A stretch of DNA of 64,000 bases. Source: Octopus sinensis (Eukaryota). The DNA lies in contig NC_042999.1 of the NCBI RefSeq assembly GCF_006345805.1, forward strand, positions 15,128,001 to 15,192,000. Reading direction: 5' to 3'. Numbering within the stretch: position 1 is the stretch's first letter; each line of letters opens with the position of its first letter. The notes under the pieces were generated by a model that saw only the letters and a program-made list of their open reading frames with translations, was not told the DNA's origin and made no database searches. Position numbers and translations under genes: made by a program. Shown here one piece after another: positions 23,903-37,595 of this stretch.

Positions 23903-25771
23903 GTAAGTAGAATGCCGTAATGGTTTTGAAAACATTCCTATAGATTTTATTATTTCTTTCTACAATCTATTTCCAAAGCAAATGATTTAATCCTTTTGGT
24001 ATCAACTCACCTGAGGTTACCTTGAACCTGTGATACAAAATTGGACATTTTTAAGTGTTTTATTTAAGCTTAAGCTTTCTTCAGCATTGCAAATTTATCA
24101 GGCAATCATCACAAAATCTTGTGCCATCAAAAAAGCACCCATTAATATTATGAGACAAACTTTTGGTTGAGTCATGTTCCAAACTCCTAGCTTAATTCTT
24201 AAACGATGGTAAAAGGCAGCACGAATGAGTGTGCCAAACGGGCTTTCACTTTTATATAAGTACAAAAACTATAATTGCTAATCGCTCACAGAGTAAAATT
24301 TACAATCTCACTATTGAAAAGTGCTGTAAAATATTCCCTTTCCTTTGATGATGGCTGTATCATCATCATCCTCGTTTAACGTCCGCTTTCCAGGCTAGCA
24401 TGGGTTGGACGAATGACTGAGGGCTGGTGAACCAGATGGCTGCACCAGGCTTCAGTCTTGATCTGGCAGAGTTTCTACAGCTGTATGCCCTTCCTAACGC
24501 CAACCACTCTGAGAGTGTAGTGGTGGCTTTTACGTGCCACCAGCACGGGGCCAGTCAGGTGGTACTGGCAACGACCTCGCTCGAATCTTTTACATATGCC
24601 ACCGGCACAGGTGCCAGTAAGGTAATGCTGGTAACGATCACGCTCGGATGGTGCCTTTTAAGTGCCACTGGCTAGCTGCTCTGTCAATGATCACACTCGT
24701 ATATTGCTCTTTGCATCCTGCTAGCACGGACGCCAGTCATCGAATTTGATTTTGATTTTGATTTTTGAGTTTTGATTTTTGATTTTTGATTGTATCTATG
24801 ATTTTTGATTGTATCTATGATTTTTGATTGTATCTATGCAAAATTTATGAAACATGAATTGACAATGTTTGCTGTTTAAAGGCTAATGTTGGAGAGTTTA
24901 GTTATTTCTTTAAATCTTTCATAGAGACTGAACTTCATTATAAGTATCATCACAAAAGAGTTAATGCTTTGTCTTTTATCTTTTACTTGCTTCAGTCATT
25001 GGACTGCAGCCATACTGGGGTACTATTTTGAAGAGTTTAGTTATCAACTGGGGGTTTACAACAGGGGTCCATATGGCTCTTAGGAGCCAATATAAAATTT
25101 TGCTCTTAAAATACACAATATTTTTACAATTTTTTAAACAGAATTCCTAATAATATTTTATTAGGAAAAGTATAACATGAGTATAAAGTATAACATGATT
25201 TTTTTAAGACATCGAATGAAACCAAAGGGGTCCATAGGTAAAAATGGTTGAGAAACAATGTTTTAATAGTGTTGCTAGTTACAAGTTACGTATAACGTTG
25301 CTGTGGATGATATAACCAAACTGGTACTGCCCCGTTATATATGAATGGTAAACAGAAACAAAACCATTATCCCCATCACCATCTTCATTTATTGTTCAGC
25401 TTCCAAGTTGGCATAGATTAGACAATTTATGAATGAGAAGACTATGTCATGCACCAATGTCTGTTTTGGATGCCCTTTCTAATTCAAACCACTTTACGGA
25501 AAGTTTTGGGTGCTTTTTCCATGAAACCAACACTAGCAGTGACTGACTTGTAACTTGCAAGACTAAGGCCCTTAAGTGGCTCCTATAACAGGAGAAGAAC
25601 TGTAGTCAAATTTATATGAAATGGCATTATGCCCCTGTTGTGCTCTTCACAAACCCTGATGTATTTTGAGTAAATGCAGTAGCTTTTCTGTGTAGTTTAG
25701 TAATGAAACATAAGTGAAAAACGTTGATTTTTTTCTTCGTATACTTAATAAAACGTTCTAATTTTTTCCAG

Positions 25772-25839
25772 TTGTTGTTCTTGGACTTGTATGCCTTGCT
25801 TTGGCCTATGTTGCTTCTCTTCTTGGTAGTGTGCTACAG
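25772..25839 (+). CDS. SLC5 exon: (V)VVLGLVCLALAYVASLLGSVLQ
   Basis: ttttttccag acceptor, gtaata donor; 68 nt; phases fit the neighbouring exons. Confidence 0.93.
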
Positions 25840-28155
25840 GTAATATTCACTTTTATGTACAATATACTACTCTCTCTCTCTTGCCCTTTTAAAGCCTAGC
25901 CAGGCTTATGGACCCGGTTTTCCAGTTTCTATGACGTATGTGTTCCCCAGCTGGACGGGATGCCAGTCCATTGCAGCGTTACTTATTTTTGCCAGCTGAA
26001 TGGACTGGAGCAACGTGAAATGAAGTGTTTTGCTCAAGAACACAATGCGTTGCCCGGTCCAGGAATCGAAATCACAATCTTACAATCATGATGCTGACAC
26101 CCTAACCACTAAGCCACGCACCTCCACACAATATACTACTGCTTTTAATTTATATATTGTGGCAAACTGGTAAAATTGTTAGCAGGCTGGACGAAATACT
26201 TACTTGCATTTCTTCCAGTTTTATGTTCTGAGTTCAAATTCTACCAAAGTTGATGTTGCCCTCCCTCCTTTCAGAGTTAGTAAAATAAGTACCAGTACTG
26301 CACTAGATTCGATAAGATTGCTGGACTTGTGCCAAAATTTGAAACACTATTATCCATATACACCCCTGGTTGTGTCTTCGCAATGCAAAACCTGCTCCAA
26401 CTTGTTTGGACACAAACTCGCCAGGAAGCGTCTGACTGGGGATATGAAATGTCAGTAAGTAGTTGACACCCGCAGCTAACAGTTGCATACTGTCCTTCTC
26501 TTCCAGGTCGTGAAAGCTTACCATAATGTTTAATTTATATACAGTGAAATTTTAAGAGTTCATTTTTTTATGGGTATATATAGGTTACAGCAACTGACTG
26601 GTAGAATTGTTAGCCAACTGCACAAAATGCTTAGCAGCATTTTTTCTAGCTTTACATTCATCATCATCATCACCATCACTTAACGTCCGCTTTCCATGCT
26701 AGCATGGGTTGGACGAATGACTGAGGGCTGGCGAACCAGGCTTCAAACTTGATCTGGCAGAGTTTCTACAGCTGGATGCCCTTCCTAACGTCAACCACTC
26801 TGAGAGTGTAGTGGGTGCTTTTACGTGCCACTGGCATGGGGCCAGTCAGGCGGTACTGGCAACGACCTTGCTCGAACCTTTTACACATGCCACCGGCACA
26901 GGTGCCAGTAAGGCGATGCTGGTAACGATCACGCTCGAATGGTGTCTTTCATATGCACAAGGCCAGGTAGCTGCTCTGGCAATGATCACGCTCGGATGGT
27001 GCTCTTAATACCCTAGTAGCACAGGGCTTGAGTGCCAGTAACGATCACACTCGAATGGTGCCTTTTAAGTGCCACTGGCACTGAAGCCGGTTAGCCACTC
27101 TGTCAATGATCATACTCGTATGGTGCTCTTTGCACCCTGCTAGCATAGATGCCAGTCATCGAATTTGATTTTGATTTTGATTTGATTTCACTTGTTCAAA
27201 TTTTGCCGAAGTTGTCTTTACCTTTTGTCCTTTTAGAGAGACGATAAAATAAATACCAGCTGAGTACTACAGCCAATGTAATTAACTATACCACCCATCT
27301 CCCCCAAAATTTCAGGCCTTGTGCCTGTATTGAAAAGAATGTAAAAGAGCCAGTGTAATGTGTCCATGAGGGCATAGCATAAGTTGATGCTACAAAAGGT
27401 GTAGTCTACTAGGGCATTAATAAATTAGTATGTTGCCATTCCAGAGATAATAATAACATCACTAGGTGAGACAAGCTGGCATTGAATTAGCTTCGCTGAC
27501 TGACAGGTGACGGTCGTTTAGAGAATGCGTGGGCTAAAACTACGTGCCTTCATTGGTCAGTTAAAGTTGAGACAGTGTCATGCGACAACTTGATGGGGAT
27601 GCTTGCTGGAGCTTAGTGACAGTTATTTAAAGGGAAAAAATTTGACAAGACTGTCAGTCGCCAGCTGACACTCATTGACGCTACATCGAAGAGGCCAAGG
27701 AACAGAAGAAAGAAGAAGAAAGAAGACATGCACCCAACACCAGATCTGAAGACACATCTGAAAGTGGGGAGGGCCTGCCACATCAAAGCGATAGAGGAGT
27801 AGGGGTCGAAACTGAACGTGGTTCCTCCTGATGATGTCTTGAGCTAACTGGATCCTATAAAGGAGCTGTTGTGGTAGCAGACCACGAAACATGGTTGAAA
27901 TTCCCCTAGGCATTAAATTTGTATCATTGAAGCAAGGCTGTTCTCAGGCAGCATGATGTCAAAAGAGTTAAAGGCATTTTAATTTGAATCTGTTAAATAC
28001 AATTTAGTTCTTTACTTTTCATAGTTTATATTATATTTTAAGCATATATTTAGACTGTCTCAGAAAACTGGAAAATTCAGAAACTTGAGATACTTCTGGT
28101 CCTAAGCTTCTCAGGTCTTTGGTCTGGTATTGTATTATGTATTTTTATGTTTCAG

Positions 28156-28242
28156 GCAGCATTATCACTATTTGGTATCATTGGAGGACCACTGCTTGGG
28201 ATATTTGTCTTAGGCCTGTTTTTCCCTTGGGCAAACAAATGG
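28156..28242 (+). CDS. SLC5 exon: [29 protein letters not shown]
   Basis: tttcag acceptor, gtaaat donor; 87 nt. Confidence 0.96.
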
Positions 28243-28479
28243 GTAAATATTTATTTTTTGTTCATTTCTTTTCCTCAGTTTTTAAAAAATTTCAACTTTC
28301 ATTTATGTCAGTATATTTTTAAAAAAATAATTTCTAAAGGAAATATTAAATGAAGAAGAATGACTCACTATTTTAGATAGATGTGAATTTAATTGAATTG
28401 TGAATTATGTCATGTAGAGAAAGCATTTTAATTTTTCAAACTGAAATGAATAAATTACATAAATTCTAAATAGACATCT

Positions 28480-29215
28480 GGCAGCTGACTTGGCAGACAC
28501 CCATAAAATTATTAACCATCTTACTAACAATAAATCTGAGCACCTTTTCAAACTCCACCTGTCTAACACCTGTGGATATGTTTACAAAGTCAGAAAACAG
28601 CACAGCTCCCATGACTTTCGGAAACATTTTTTCATGCTAAGAGTTGCTGAAGTATGGAACAAACTGCTGGCATCAGTTGTTAGTTGTTGGAGTACTGCAT
28701 CCTTCAAAACTTCCATGCTTTCTGAGATTCGCCAACACTACACCTGATTTTCTACCCTCCATACACACGCAAGCATGTATCTGACTCATACACTATTCAC
28801 TTGGTGCTCTGGGACAGGTAATGATGTATAAAGGAGCTAAATAACTCTGAGCACCTTTTCAAACTCCACCTGTCTAACACCCGTGGATATGTTTACAAAG
28901 TCAGAAAACAGCACAGCTCCCATGGCTTTCGGAAACATTTTTTCATGCTAAGAGTTGCTGAAGTATGGAACAAACTGCCGGCATCAGTTGTTAGTTGTCG
29001 GAGTACTGCCTCCTTCAAAACTTCCTTGCTTCCTGAGATTCGCCAACACTACACCTGATTTTCTCCCCTCCATACACACGCAAGCATGTATCTGACTCAT
29101 TCATTGTCCACTTTCCAGACATTTGTACATTACTGCATATGCTTTATACTCACTTTTGACAAGTTGTGGTGCACCTGAGTACTGTATACAAAATTTTCAT
29201 TATTATTATTATATT
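28480..29215 (+). mobile_element. Two partial tandem CR1 3'-end copies, inverted relative to 11.3-12.8 kb
   Basis: KVRKQHSSHDFRKHFFMLRVAEVWNKLLASVVSC...RQHYT*. Confidence 0.85.
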
Positions 29216-29244
29216 TTAATTTCACTTTACCATTTTCTATTCAG

Positions 29245-29417
29245 GGTGCATTCAGTGGTTTATTTACTGCTCTCGGCATCATGATGTGGATTGGAATTGG
29301 CGCACAGATAGAAAAGTATCCAAATCCTACTTCTTCGATTGATACATCTGGTTGCAATTGGAACTTGACCACAGCAACACCCGCAAGCACAAACATAACA
29401 GCAGAAGTAAAAACATG
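29245..29417 (+). CDS. SLC5 exon: GAFSGLFTALGIMMWIGIGAQIEKYPNPTSSIDTSGCNWNLTTATPASTNITAEVKT(W)
   Basis: ttttctattcag acceptor, gtaaaa donor; transmembrane segment plus extracellular loop with N-glycosylation sequons NLT and NIT; 173 nt. Confidence 0.92.
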
Positions 29418-30075
29418 GTAAAAGATTCTTTTTCATGCAGAGAGAAACAGTCTAAGCAGTTGTTTCATAATTTCTATAAATATTTTAATCAGTTTAGTTT
29501 TGATACACTAAGAAGTTTATGCCAGAGCCACCTCGACTGGCTTCCGTGCCGGTGGCACGTAAAATGCACCAATCCGACCATGGCTGTTGCCAGCCTCGCC
29601 TGGCACCTGTGCAGGTGGCACGTAAAAAGCACCCACTACACTCACGGAGTGGTTGGCGTTAGGAAGGGCATCCAGCTGTAGAAACATTGCCAGATAAGAC
29701 TGGAGCCTGGTGCAGCCTTCTGGCTTCCCAGATCCCCGGTCGAACCGTCCAACCCATGCTAGCATGGAGAACGGACGTTAAACAATGATGATGATGATGA
29801 TGATGCTTGTCTGTATGCATGTACATATACACATACAAATGCATGCATGTATGTATGTATGTATGTATGTATGTATGTATGTATGTATGTATGTATGTAT
29901 ATATGTATGTATGTATGTATGTACGTTGAGGTTATAAGAGATAAAGGTGTCATTGAGACCCAAAGGTGTCAGGTAATGCTGAATAAGTGCTATAGACAGA
30001 CCATAGTTATGTTCCAGATTCGGCAATATTGTGAATAAAGGGTTCAACATTGGTTCTATGTCAGCGTGTGTGTGT

Positions 30076-30269
30076 ATAAGAATTTTTTGCGTGATAAGAT
30101 AAAAAACCAAGGCTGTATAAATATTAGAGCATTTATAGATAGAAGGTCTTACAGCTGTTTCTAGGATATTAATTAATATCCTAGAAACAGTTGTAAGACC
30201 TTCTATCTATAAATGCTCTAATATTTATACAGCCTTGGTTTTTTATCTTATCACGCAAAAAATTCTTAT
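30076..30269. repeat. Spacerless palindrome, 97-bp arms
   Basis: Centre gatattaa|ttaatatc at 30172/30173; one mismatch seen. Confidence 0.95.
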
Positions 30270-31662
30270 GTATGTATGTATGACCGTTTGTGTATCGTTG
30301 GCGATTTTCTTTTCCGTCTTTCCTTCCTTGAACTTTTCCTCTTTCTATGTTTCTGATGAAGAGCTCCACTCAAAACGTTAAATCCTCCTTCTTTCTTTCC
30401 TTTCCTGAGCGTCCAATAACACTATACTTGTTCCATGTCCTCACGTTGTTGTGTTTTCTCTTTGTTCATGTTTGGATTAACTATGTATGTATGTATGTAT
30501 GTATGTATGTAGGTTGGTAGGTTAGTAGGTAGGTATATATATGTTGATGTGTATGTCAGTATGCATGCATGTAGGTATGTATGTGAATGCAAATGTGTAT
30601 GTATCTAAGCATAGAAAAATATCTCTTACTTTCCGACAGAAACTATTTCTCAAAGGTATGACTTTTATATCTTATTTAATTGTGTTGTGATATAAGAATT
30701 ATTGAAACAGCTGTAGGAATGAATATTTTGAGATATTATTGATGTTGTTTACTGTTATTTTTTTTTTGATAATGCACAATCATATATTTACAAGGGGAGC
30801 TATGATGTGGGCCAAAAAAGCCATAGATATTCCCCAGTATCATATATGTATGCCTTAATCATCTCAAAAACAATTGTGTAGATGCTATTACAAATCCTGT
30901 CATTGCAATGCCAACATTATTTAAAACATAATCTAGTGATTATCACATAGTGCACATGAGCATCACCAACATTTTACATGCCTATTTCTTTATGCATATA
31001 TTTATAAAATTGCATAGCTATTCTCTGTATATACACCAATGGCGTTTTATGTAATCTTGACAGATATGATTTGCAAATAGCTGACTGGCTATGAGAATTT
31101 TTCATGTAGATTATTAAAATATTTCTTAAAGGTAAAACAGTCTTTTAATAGTGTAGAATACATTGGATCAGTGTGGGTTAGGGTTGTATAGAAAAAAATT
31201 CAATAGGCATAGGAGTGGTTATGTGGTAAGTAGCTTGCTTACCAACCACATGGTTCTGGGTTCAGTCCCATTGCATGGCACCTTGGGCAAATGTCTTCTA
31301 CTATATCCTCGGGCTGACCAAAGCCTTGTGAGTGGATTTGGTAGACAGAAACTGAAAGAAGCCCGTCGTATATATGTATATATGTATGTATGTGTGAGTA
31401 TATGTTTGTTTGTGTGTTTGTCCCCCCACGTCCCCCAACATCGCTTGGCAACCGATGCTGGTGTGTTTACGTCCCCGTAATTTAGTGGTTCAGGAAAAGA
31501 GAACGATAGAATAATTTCTAGGCTTACAAAGAATAAGTCCTGGGGTCGATTTGATTCGACTAAAGGCAGTGCTCCAGCATGACCGCAGTCAAGTGACTGA
31601 AACAAGTAAAAGAGTAAAAGAGTAATATAGAAAAAACATAATGAATCATGAAATGAAAGTAG

Positions 31663-31960
31663 TCAATTTGGTAGCAGTGGGATCTTCCAGTTTTTTAATA
31701 TGTATCTGTACATATGTCTCCATCTACTAAATATTTCAGATTGCGAGTTCAAAATTGGGTCTGAAATTTCAGATCTTAATAAGATTTGTGCCTTTTCAGC
31801 TAAACAAAGCTTACACTTCCCAGTTCTGGTCAAGTATGGTTTCGACTTTTCAGTTATCCTCCATCTTATATCATATGGAATGTTCTCTTCTTTTAATGCC
31901 CAAATGTGACTGGCTAATTTTGTAGTTTTCCTTTTCTCATTTTGGCAGAAAGATGCCACA
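31663..31960 (-). mobile_element. Penelope-like element endonuclease C-terminal relic (Naiad-like)
   Basis: TKLASHIWALKE..YDIRWRI..CKLCLAEK..LNSQSEIFSRWRH matches the C-terminal pattern of PLE GIY-YIG endonucleases. Confidence 0.78.
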
Positions 31961-33077
31961 TGATTTGTCTATCATTTCTTAAAGTCTCCCTCACATAAAC
32001 TGATATATTTTTCTTTATCTGTTGAATCTCTGTTGTTTGCTGAGACTTTTGCCCCATATTCAATGGATTTTGTTAGACCTGTCGAGGCAAGTGAAATCGA
32101 AAATGAATTTGAAATTGAACCAAATTCGACGACTAGCACCCATGGCAACCTCCCTTCATTGGACACTAAACTCTGCTTGTGAAGACCTGTTGGGGCAAGT
32201 GAAATCGAAATTGAACCAAATTCGATGACTGGGACCCATGCCAGTCGAGCGGTAACAGCTCCATCCGAGTGGGATCACTGCCAGGGCTGCTGTCTGGCTT
32301 CCATGCTGGTGGCATGTAAAAAGCATCATATGATCGTGATCGTTACCAGCGTTGCCTTGCTGGCACTTGTGCCGGTTGCACGTGAAAAAACCTGTCGAGT
32401 GAGGTCATTGCCAGTGCCGCTGGACTGACCCCTGTGCTGGTGGCATGTAAAAAACACCATTTCGAGTGTGACTGTCGCCAGTACTGCTTGACTAGCCCTC
32501 ATGCCGGTGGCACGTAAAAGCACCCACTACACTCTCGGAGTGGTTGGTGTTAGGAAGGGCATCCAGCTGTAGAAACTCTGCCAGATCAGATTGGAGCTTG
32601 GCGCAGTCATCTGGTTTGCCAGTCCTCAGTCAAATCGTCCAACCCATGCTAGCATGGAAAGCGGACGTTAAATGATGATGATGATGATGATGATTGTTGA
32701 TCCAATGGGCAGGACTCTACCTTATAGAAATTACAGCCAACGCTCACCTTTTGTTGGCTGTTGTGGTTTATAATATTTTTTATAGCAGATACCGGTGACA
32801 TGAAAATTGGCATCTGTGCCAGTGGCACGTAAATGCACCCCAGTGTCACGCAAATGGCACACGTGCTGGTGGAACATAAAAGTATTCATTACACTCTCGG
32901 AGTGGTTGGTGTTAGGAAGGGCATCCAGATGTAGAAGACGATGCCAAATCAGACTGGAGTCTGGTGCAGCCTTCCAGCTTGCTAGCCCTGGTCAAACTGT
33001 CCAACCCATGCCAGCATGGAGAACAGATGTTAAATGGTGATGATGATGATGATGATACACACACACACATATATAGT

Positions 33078-33110
<33 letters not shown>

Positions 33111-33287
33111 TATAAAAGTGTGTGTGTATATGTATATATATACACACACACACACACACATTTATATATATGTGTATATATATATCATTAATTAAATATA
33201 TTCATTGAGAATAACATATACTGAATTTCTAATAAGTGCTCTTGGTAGAGAAATGTCTAAAACATTGTATATATGTGTGTGTGTTTG

Positions 33288-33321
<34 letters not shown>

Positions 33322-34244
33322 TATATATATATATATATACTCTCTTTTACTCTTTTACTTGTTTCAGTCATTTGACTGTGGCCATGCTGGTACACCACCT
33401 TTAGTCGAGCAAATCAACCCCAGGGCTTATTCTTTGTAAGCCTAGTACTTATTCTATCGGTCTCTTTTGCCAAACCGCTAAGTTACGGGGTCATAAACAC
33501 ACCAGCATCGGTTGTCAAGTGATGTTGGGGGGACAAACACAGATACACAAACATACACACAAACACACACATATATATATATATATACATATATACGACG
33601 GGCTTCTTTTAGTTTCCATCTACCAAATCCACTCACAAGGCTTTGGTTGGCCCGAGGCTATAGTAGAAGACACTTGCTCTAGGTGCCACACAGTGGGACT
33701 GAACTCGGAAGCATGTGGTTGGTAAGCAAGCTACTTACCACACAGCCAGCACAACAGGCTTCCTTCTGTCTCTGTCTACCAAAATTCACTCACAAGGCTT
33801 TGGTCAGCCCAGGGGCTGTAGTGGAAGGCAGTTGCCTCAGCTGCCATGCAGTGGGGCTGAACCTGGAATCACATGGTTGAGAAGCATGAAGCAAACTTCT
33901 TAGATTTGTTAATGTAATGGGTTCTACTACTACTACTACTACTACTGCTGCTGTTGATGTTGTTGGTGGTGTTGCTGGTGGCATTTAGTCCAGGTCAGCC
34001 CTAACTGAACAGGCCTATAATCAAAGTAACTGACAAGGCAAATTTTCTCACATTCTTTCATAGCAGCTCAGTTCATAAAGCACTGTAATGAGAGACTGTC
34101 TTCTTTTAAGGCATTCAATTATGCTAGTCTCATTATCATGTGATCTTTTTATTGATTTAGTATCATTATTATTATTATTATTGGTGGTGGTTGTGGTTGT
34201 GGCTGTGGCTGGTGTTGCTATTATTATTATTATCATTATAATTA

Positions 34245-34287
<43 letters not shown>

Positions 34288-34407
34288 TAGTTTTATTTTT
34301 ATAGCGTGCTTTCACTTCACTACCGTGCGCAGCTCTGTGTGCCTTGGGTATGTGCTGTGGTTTGTTGCGATCATCATCATCATCATCATCATCATCATTA
34401 TTATTAT

Positions 34408-34630
34408 TCAACAGCCTGGGTTTCAAGGGCCCACAGCTTTTTAATATTCTCCCAAAGAGTCTGAGGAACTTGCACGAAGTAGATGTAGCGGTTTTTAAAT
34501 CAAAGCTGGACATCTTCCTGTCGAGAGTCCCAGATGAACCTACCTCACGGCAAGAGGTGCAAATGAGAGTAGCTTTATCAAACGCCGTTCTTCACCAAGT
34601 GCCACATATTAGACGAGGTTCTTCGCAATA
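34408..34630 (+). mobile_element. CR1/L2-group LINE 3' relic
   Basis: NSLGFKGPQLFNILPKSLRNL...FKSKLDIFLSRVPDEP. Confidence 0.7.
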
Positions 34631-34694
34631 ACAGTGTAGCACAAAACGATGGTGCATCAGCATGGCCGCAGCTCTAAGCTGAAACTAGAGAGTT

Positions 34695-35070
34695 TTATTT
34701 TTATAGCGTGCCTTTCACTTTACTACCGAGCACAGCTCTGTGTGCCTTGAGTATGTGATGTGGTTTATCGTGATGCTCTTATGGTTACTGTATTGAAAGT
34801 GTTTTGCATAGGATGTGTGCAGTGCCCAGTAGTGCTATTTTCTGTGTGTTTTATATATACTTGTAAGTCCTGGTGTTTTTGTTATGTATTTGTCTGAATA
34901 TATTTTAATCATACCTAATGCGCCTATTATGATAGGAATTGTTTCTGTTTTTAGACTCCACATTCAGTTACCTCTATTTCCAAATCTTTGTATTTTGAAA
35001 GTTTCTCTGTTTCTTTTAGAGAAACATTGTCATCTGTTGGTATTGATACATCAATTAGAAAGCATTTTTT
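34695..35070 (-). mobile_element. R4/Dong 3' end; related pieces at 34290-34370 and 44245-44557
   Basis: Minus strand reads FLIDVSIPTDDNVSLKETEKLSKYKDLEIEV...IGALG. Confidence 0.78.
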
Positions 35071-35127
35071 CTTGGTGATCTGTGGTTTTATTTTCATCAT
35101 CATCATCATTATTATTATTATTGAGTG

Positions 35128-35665
35128 AGAGAGCAGTGTATGCCATCACAGTGACACTGGGGTAAAATATACGAAGCCCAGTATACCCATCATGACTACC
35201 CGTCTAATAAGGGTACACCAGGCACATGCATCACAACCATATGTGCACAACATGGTGATCTCATATCAAGATAAACAGCGCATGACCTTGCAGGTGGGGC
35301 CCAGTTAGAATTTTCTTCTGGTCAAGTAGCCCATCCTGCTCAAACGGTCCCTGAATAAGGGTTGTTTCAGGATGTTGAACGAAACACACATGTTTCCAGA
35401 GGTGAATTATTCAAACCCCAAAAAATCCCTCTCAACACATGGCTATGATGCTTCCCCACTACTTCTGCTCGTGATCAGAGATGCACATATCGTCAGCCAC
35501 TAAGGGACATGCTCAACTGGTCAAGGTCAAACAACTGACAAGCAAATCTGTGGTATTGAACAGAATATTTGCTGTAGCTCATCTTTTATACCAAGACAAA
35601 ACAATGTACATGATAACACTTCCAATCAGTTAAGATCAGAAGCCACGAGAGCCACTGCCTGGTAC
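35128..35665. mobile_element. Unclassified ~540-bp insertion within (ATT)n
   Basis: Complex sequence bounded on both sides by ATT microsatellite; no ORF recognised. Confidence 0.4.
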
Positions 35666-37013
35666 TGCATCAGGATATTTATTATTATTATTATTATTAT
35701 CGTTATTATTATTATTATATCCTCTGGCCCCCGTGCCGGTGGCACGTAAAAAGCACCATCCGATCGTGACCGTTTTCCAGCCTCCCCTGGCACCTGTGCA
35801 GGTGGCACATAAAAAGCTCCCACTACACTCATGGAGTGGTTGGCGTTAGGTAGGGTATCCAGCTGTAGAAACACTGCCAGATCAGACTGGAGCCCGGTGC
35901 AGCCTTCTGGCTTCCCAGACCCCATTTGAACTGACCAACCCATGCTAGCATGGAAAACGGACGTTAAACGATGATGATGATGAGGAGGATGATTATTGTT
36001 CACTTTCTACTGAACTATATAGATAATTGCCTACTGTAGCAGTCTTAAAATATTCTTTCACACAGTTGTCTGTGTTTTTAAGGAATGGTAGTTTATTTTC
36101 CTTTATACCTCCATAACCTTCACCACCACCACCACCACCACCACCACTGCCACCGCCACCGCCACCACCACCGTCAGTTCAGCTCTAAACAAAGAAATAC
36201 AAGATCAAAGGCTTTCTAGCCATGACCTTTCATGCATAAAATTAAATAATTCCTGCCTTTATAGTTTTTTTTATTAGGTGTGACTTGAAAGAGACTTTGC
36301 TGTTATTTCTAGCTGAGAGAAACACTACATGAAAACTCTCTCTCTTTCTTTCTCCGTCTGTCGGTCTCTCTCTCTCTCTTATTTTTTGTTTGAAAGAATG
36401 TTTTTTGTTGTTACTGCTGATTGTGACTACACGTGTTGAAACAAATCTTGTCTTGAGAGGGTCATTACTTCAATAACACATGCACTGAAACGATAGCACT
36501 TCATTATTGTGGGTCAATTGCTAAAATATCCAACCAACTTTCTAATTGGTCATTTGTTTCATGTGCTAATACGTAAACTCACATACAAGAAGACACATGG
36601 GTATACACACACACAAAAAAAACTCTTCTACTTTCACCCTTACATTTTCTCCTAAGCAAATACACATCTATATACACACATGCAGGCCTACATATACAAA
36701 GGCATCAGACTTATTCTCAGACAGACTCAGGGTAGACCTTGAATAGATGGTGGGTAAGTCATTGAAAATGACATGAATAGCAATGAAAGGATTTTGACTA
36801 ACAAATGTTTGGTTAGTTAAATTTTTGAATACTTAACCAATTGACTAACAATGAAGAAGTGATATCTAACCAGTGTGTGTATTATTATTATTGGCATAAT
36901 GACCCTCCCAAGATACCTCAAAATGTAACCCTTTTTATTTTATTGTTTACATTAGTCCTCATTGCAGAAGTATAAAATTATTTACTCTTTTTATTTATCT
37001 ACTTATTTTCCAG

Positions 37014-37114
37014 GGGTCCACTTATAGACCTATACAGATTGTCCTATCTGTGGTTCAGTGCTGAGGCTGTTCTTATAGCAGTTGGTGTTGGACTCATCAT
37101 AAGTTTTATTACAG
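37014..37114 (+). CDS. SLC5 exon: (W)GPLIDLYRLSYLWFSAEAVLIAVGVGLIISFIT(G)
   Basis: ttttccag acceptor, gtaatt donor; LY.LSYLW motif; 101 nt. Confidence 0.94.
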
Positions 37115-37546
37115 GTAATTACAGTTAACTTTTTATGTGTGCATTTATTTCTTGATCAGGCATGGCTGTGTAGTAAGAAGCTTGCTTCCCAACTACATGG
37201 TTCTGAGTTCAGTCCCACTGCATGGCTCCTTGAGCAAGTATCTTCTTCTTCTTTAGTATCAGGCTGACCAAATATCCCTGTGAGAGGATTTGGTCGACGA
37301 AAACTAAAAGAAGCCCATCATATATGTACATGTATGTGTTAGCGTGTGTATGTCTTTGTGTCTGTGTTTGTCCCCCGCCCACTATCACTTGCCAACCAAT
37401 GTTAGTGTGTTTACATCCCCATAACTTAGCAGTTCAGCAAAAGAGACTGATAGAATAAGTACTAGGCTTACAAAGAATAAGTCCTGTGAAACAAAATTTA
37501 TATTCATGTTTGTATGTGTGTGTGTACATATGTGCTTACATATATG

Positions 37547-37595
<49 letters not shown>

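Noticed and set aside
26303-26524. 73-aa minus-strand ORF
   Set aside because: No recognisable domain or splice support; it overlaps the inverted duplication and SINE remnants.
27745-27900. CTGAAGA, CTGATGA and GAAAC words in the 6.4/27.5-kb element
   Set aside because: I could not find a register where a stem II directly joins the core to GAAA and a stem I closes.
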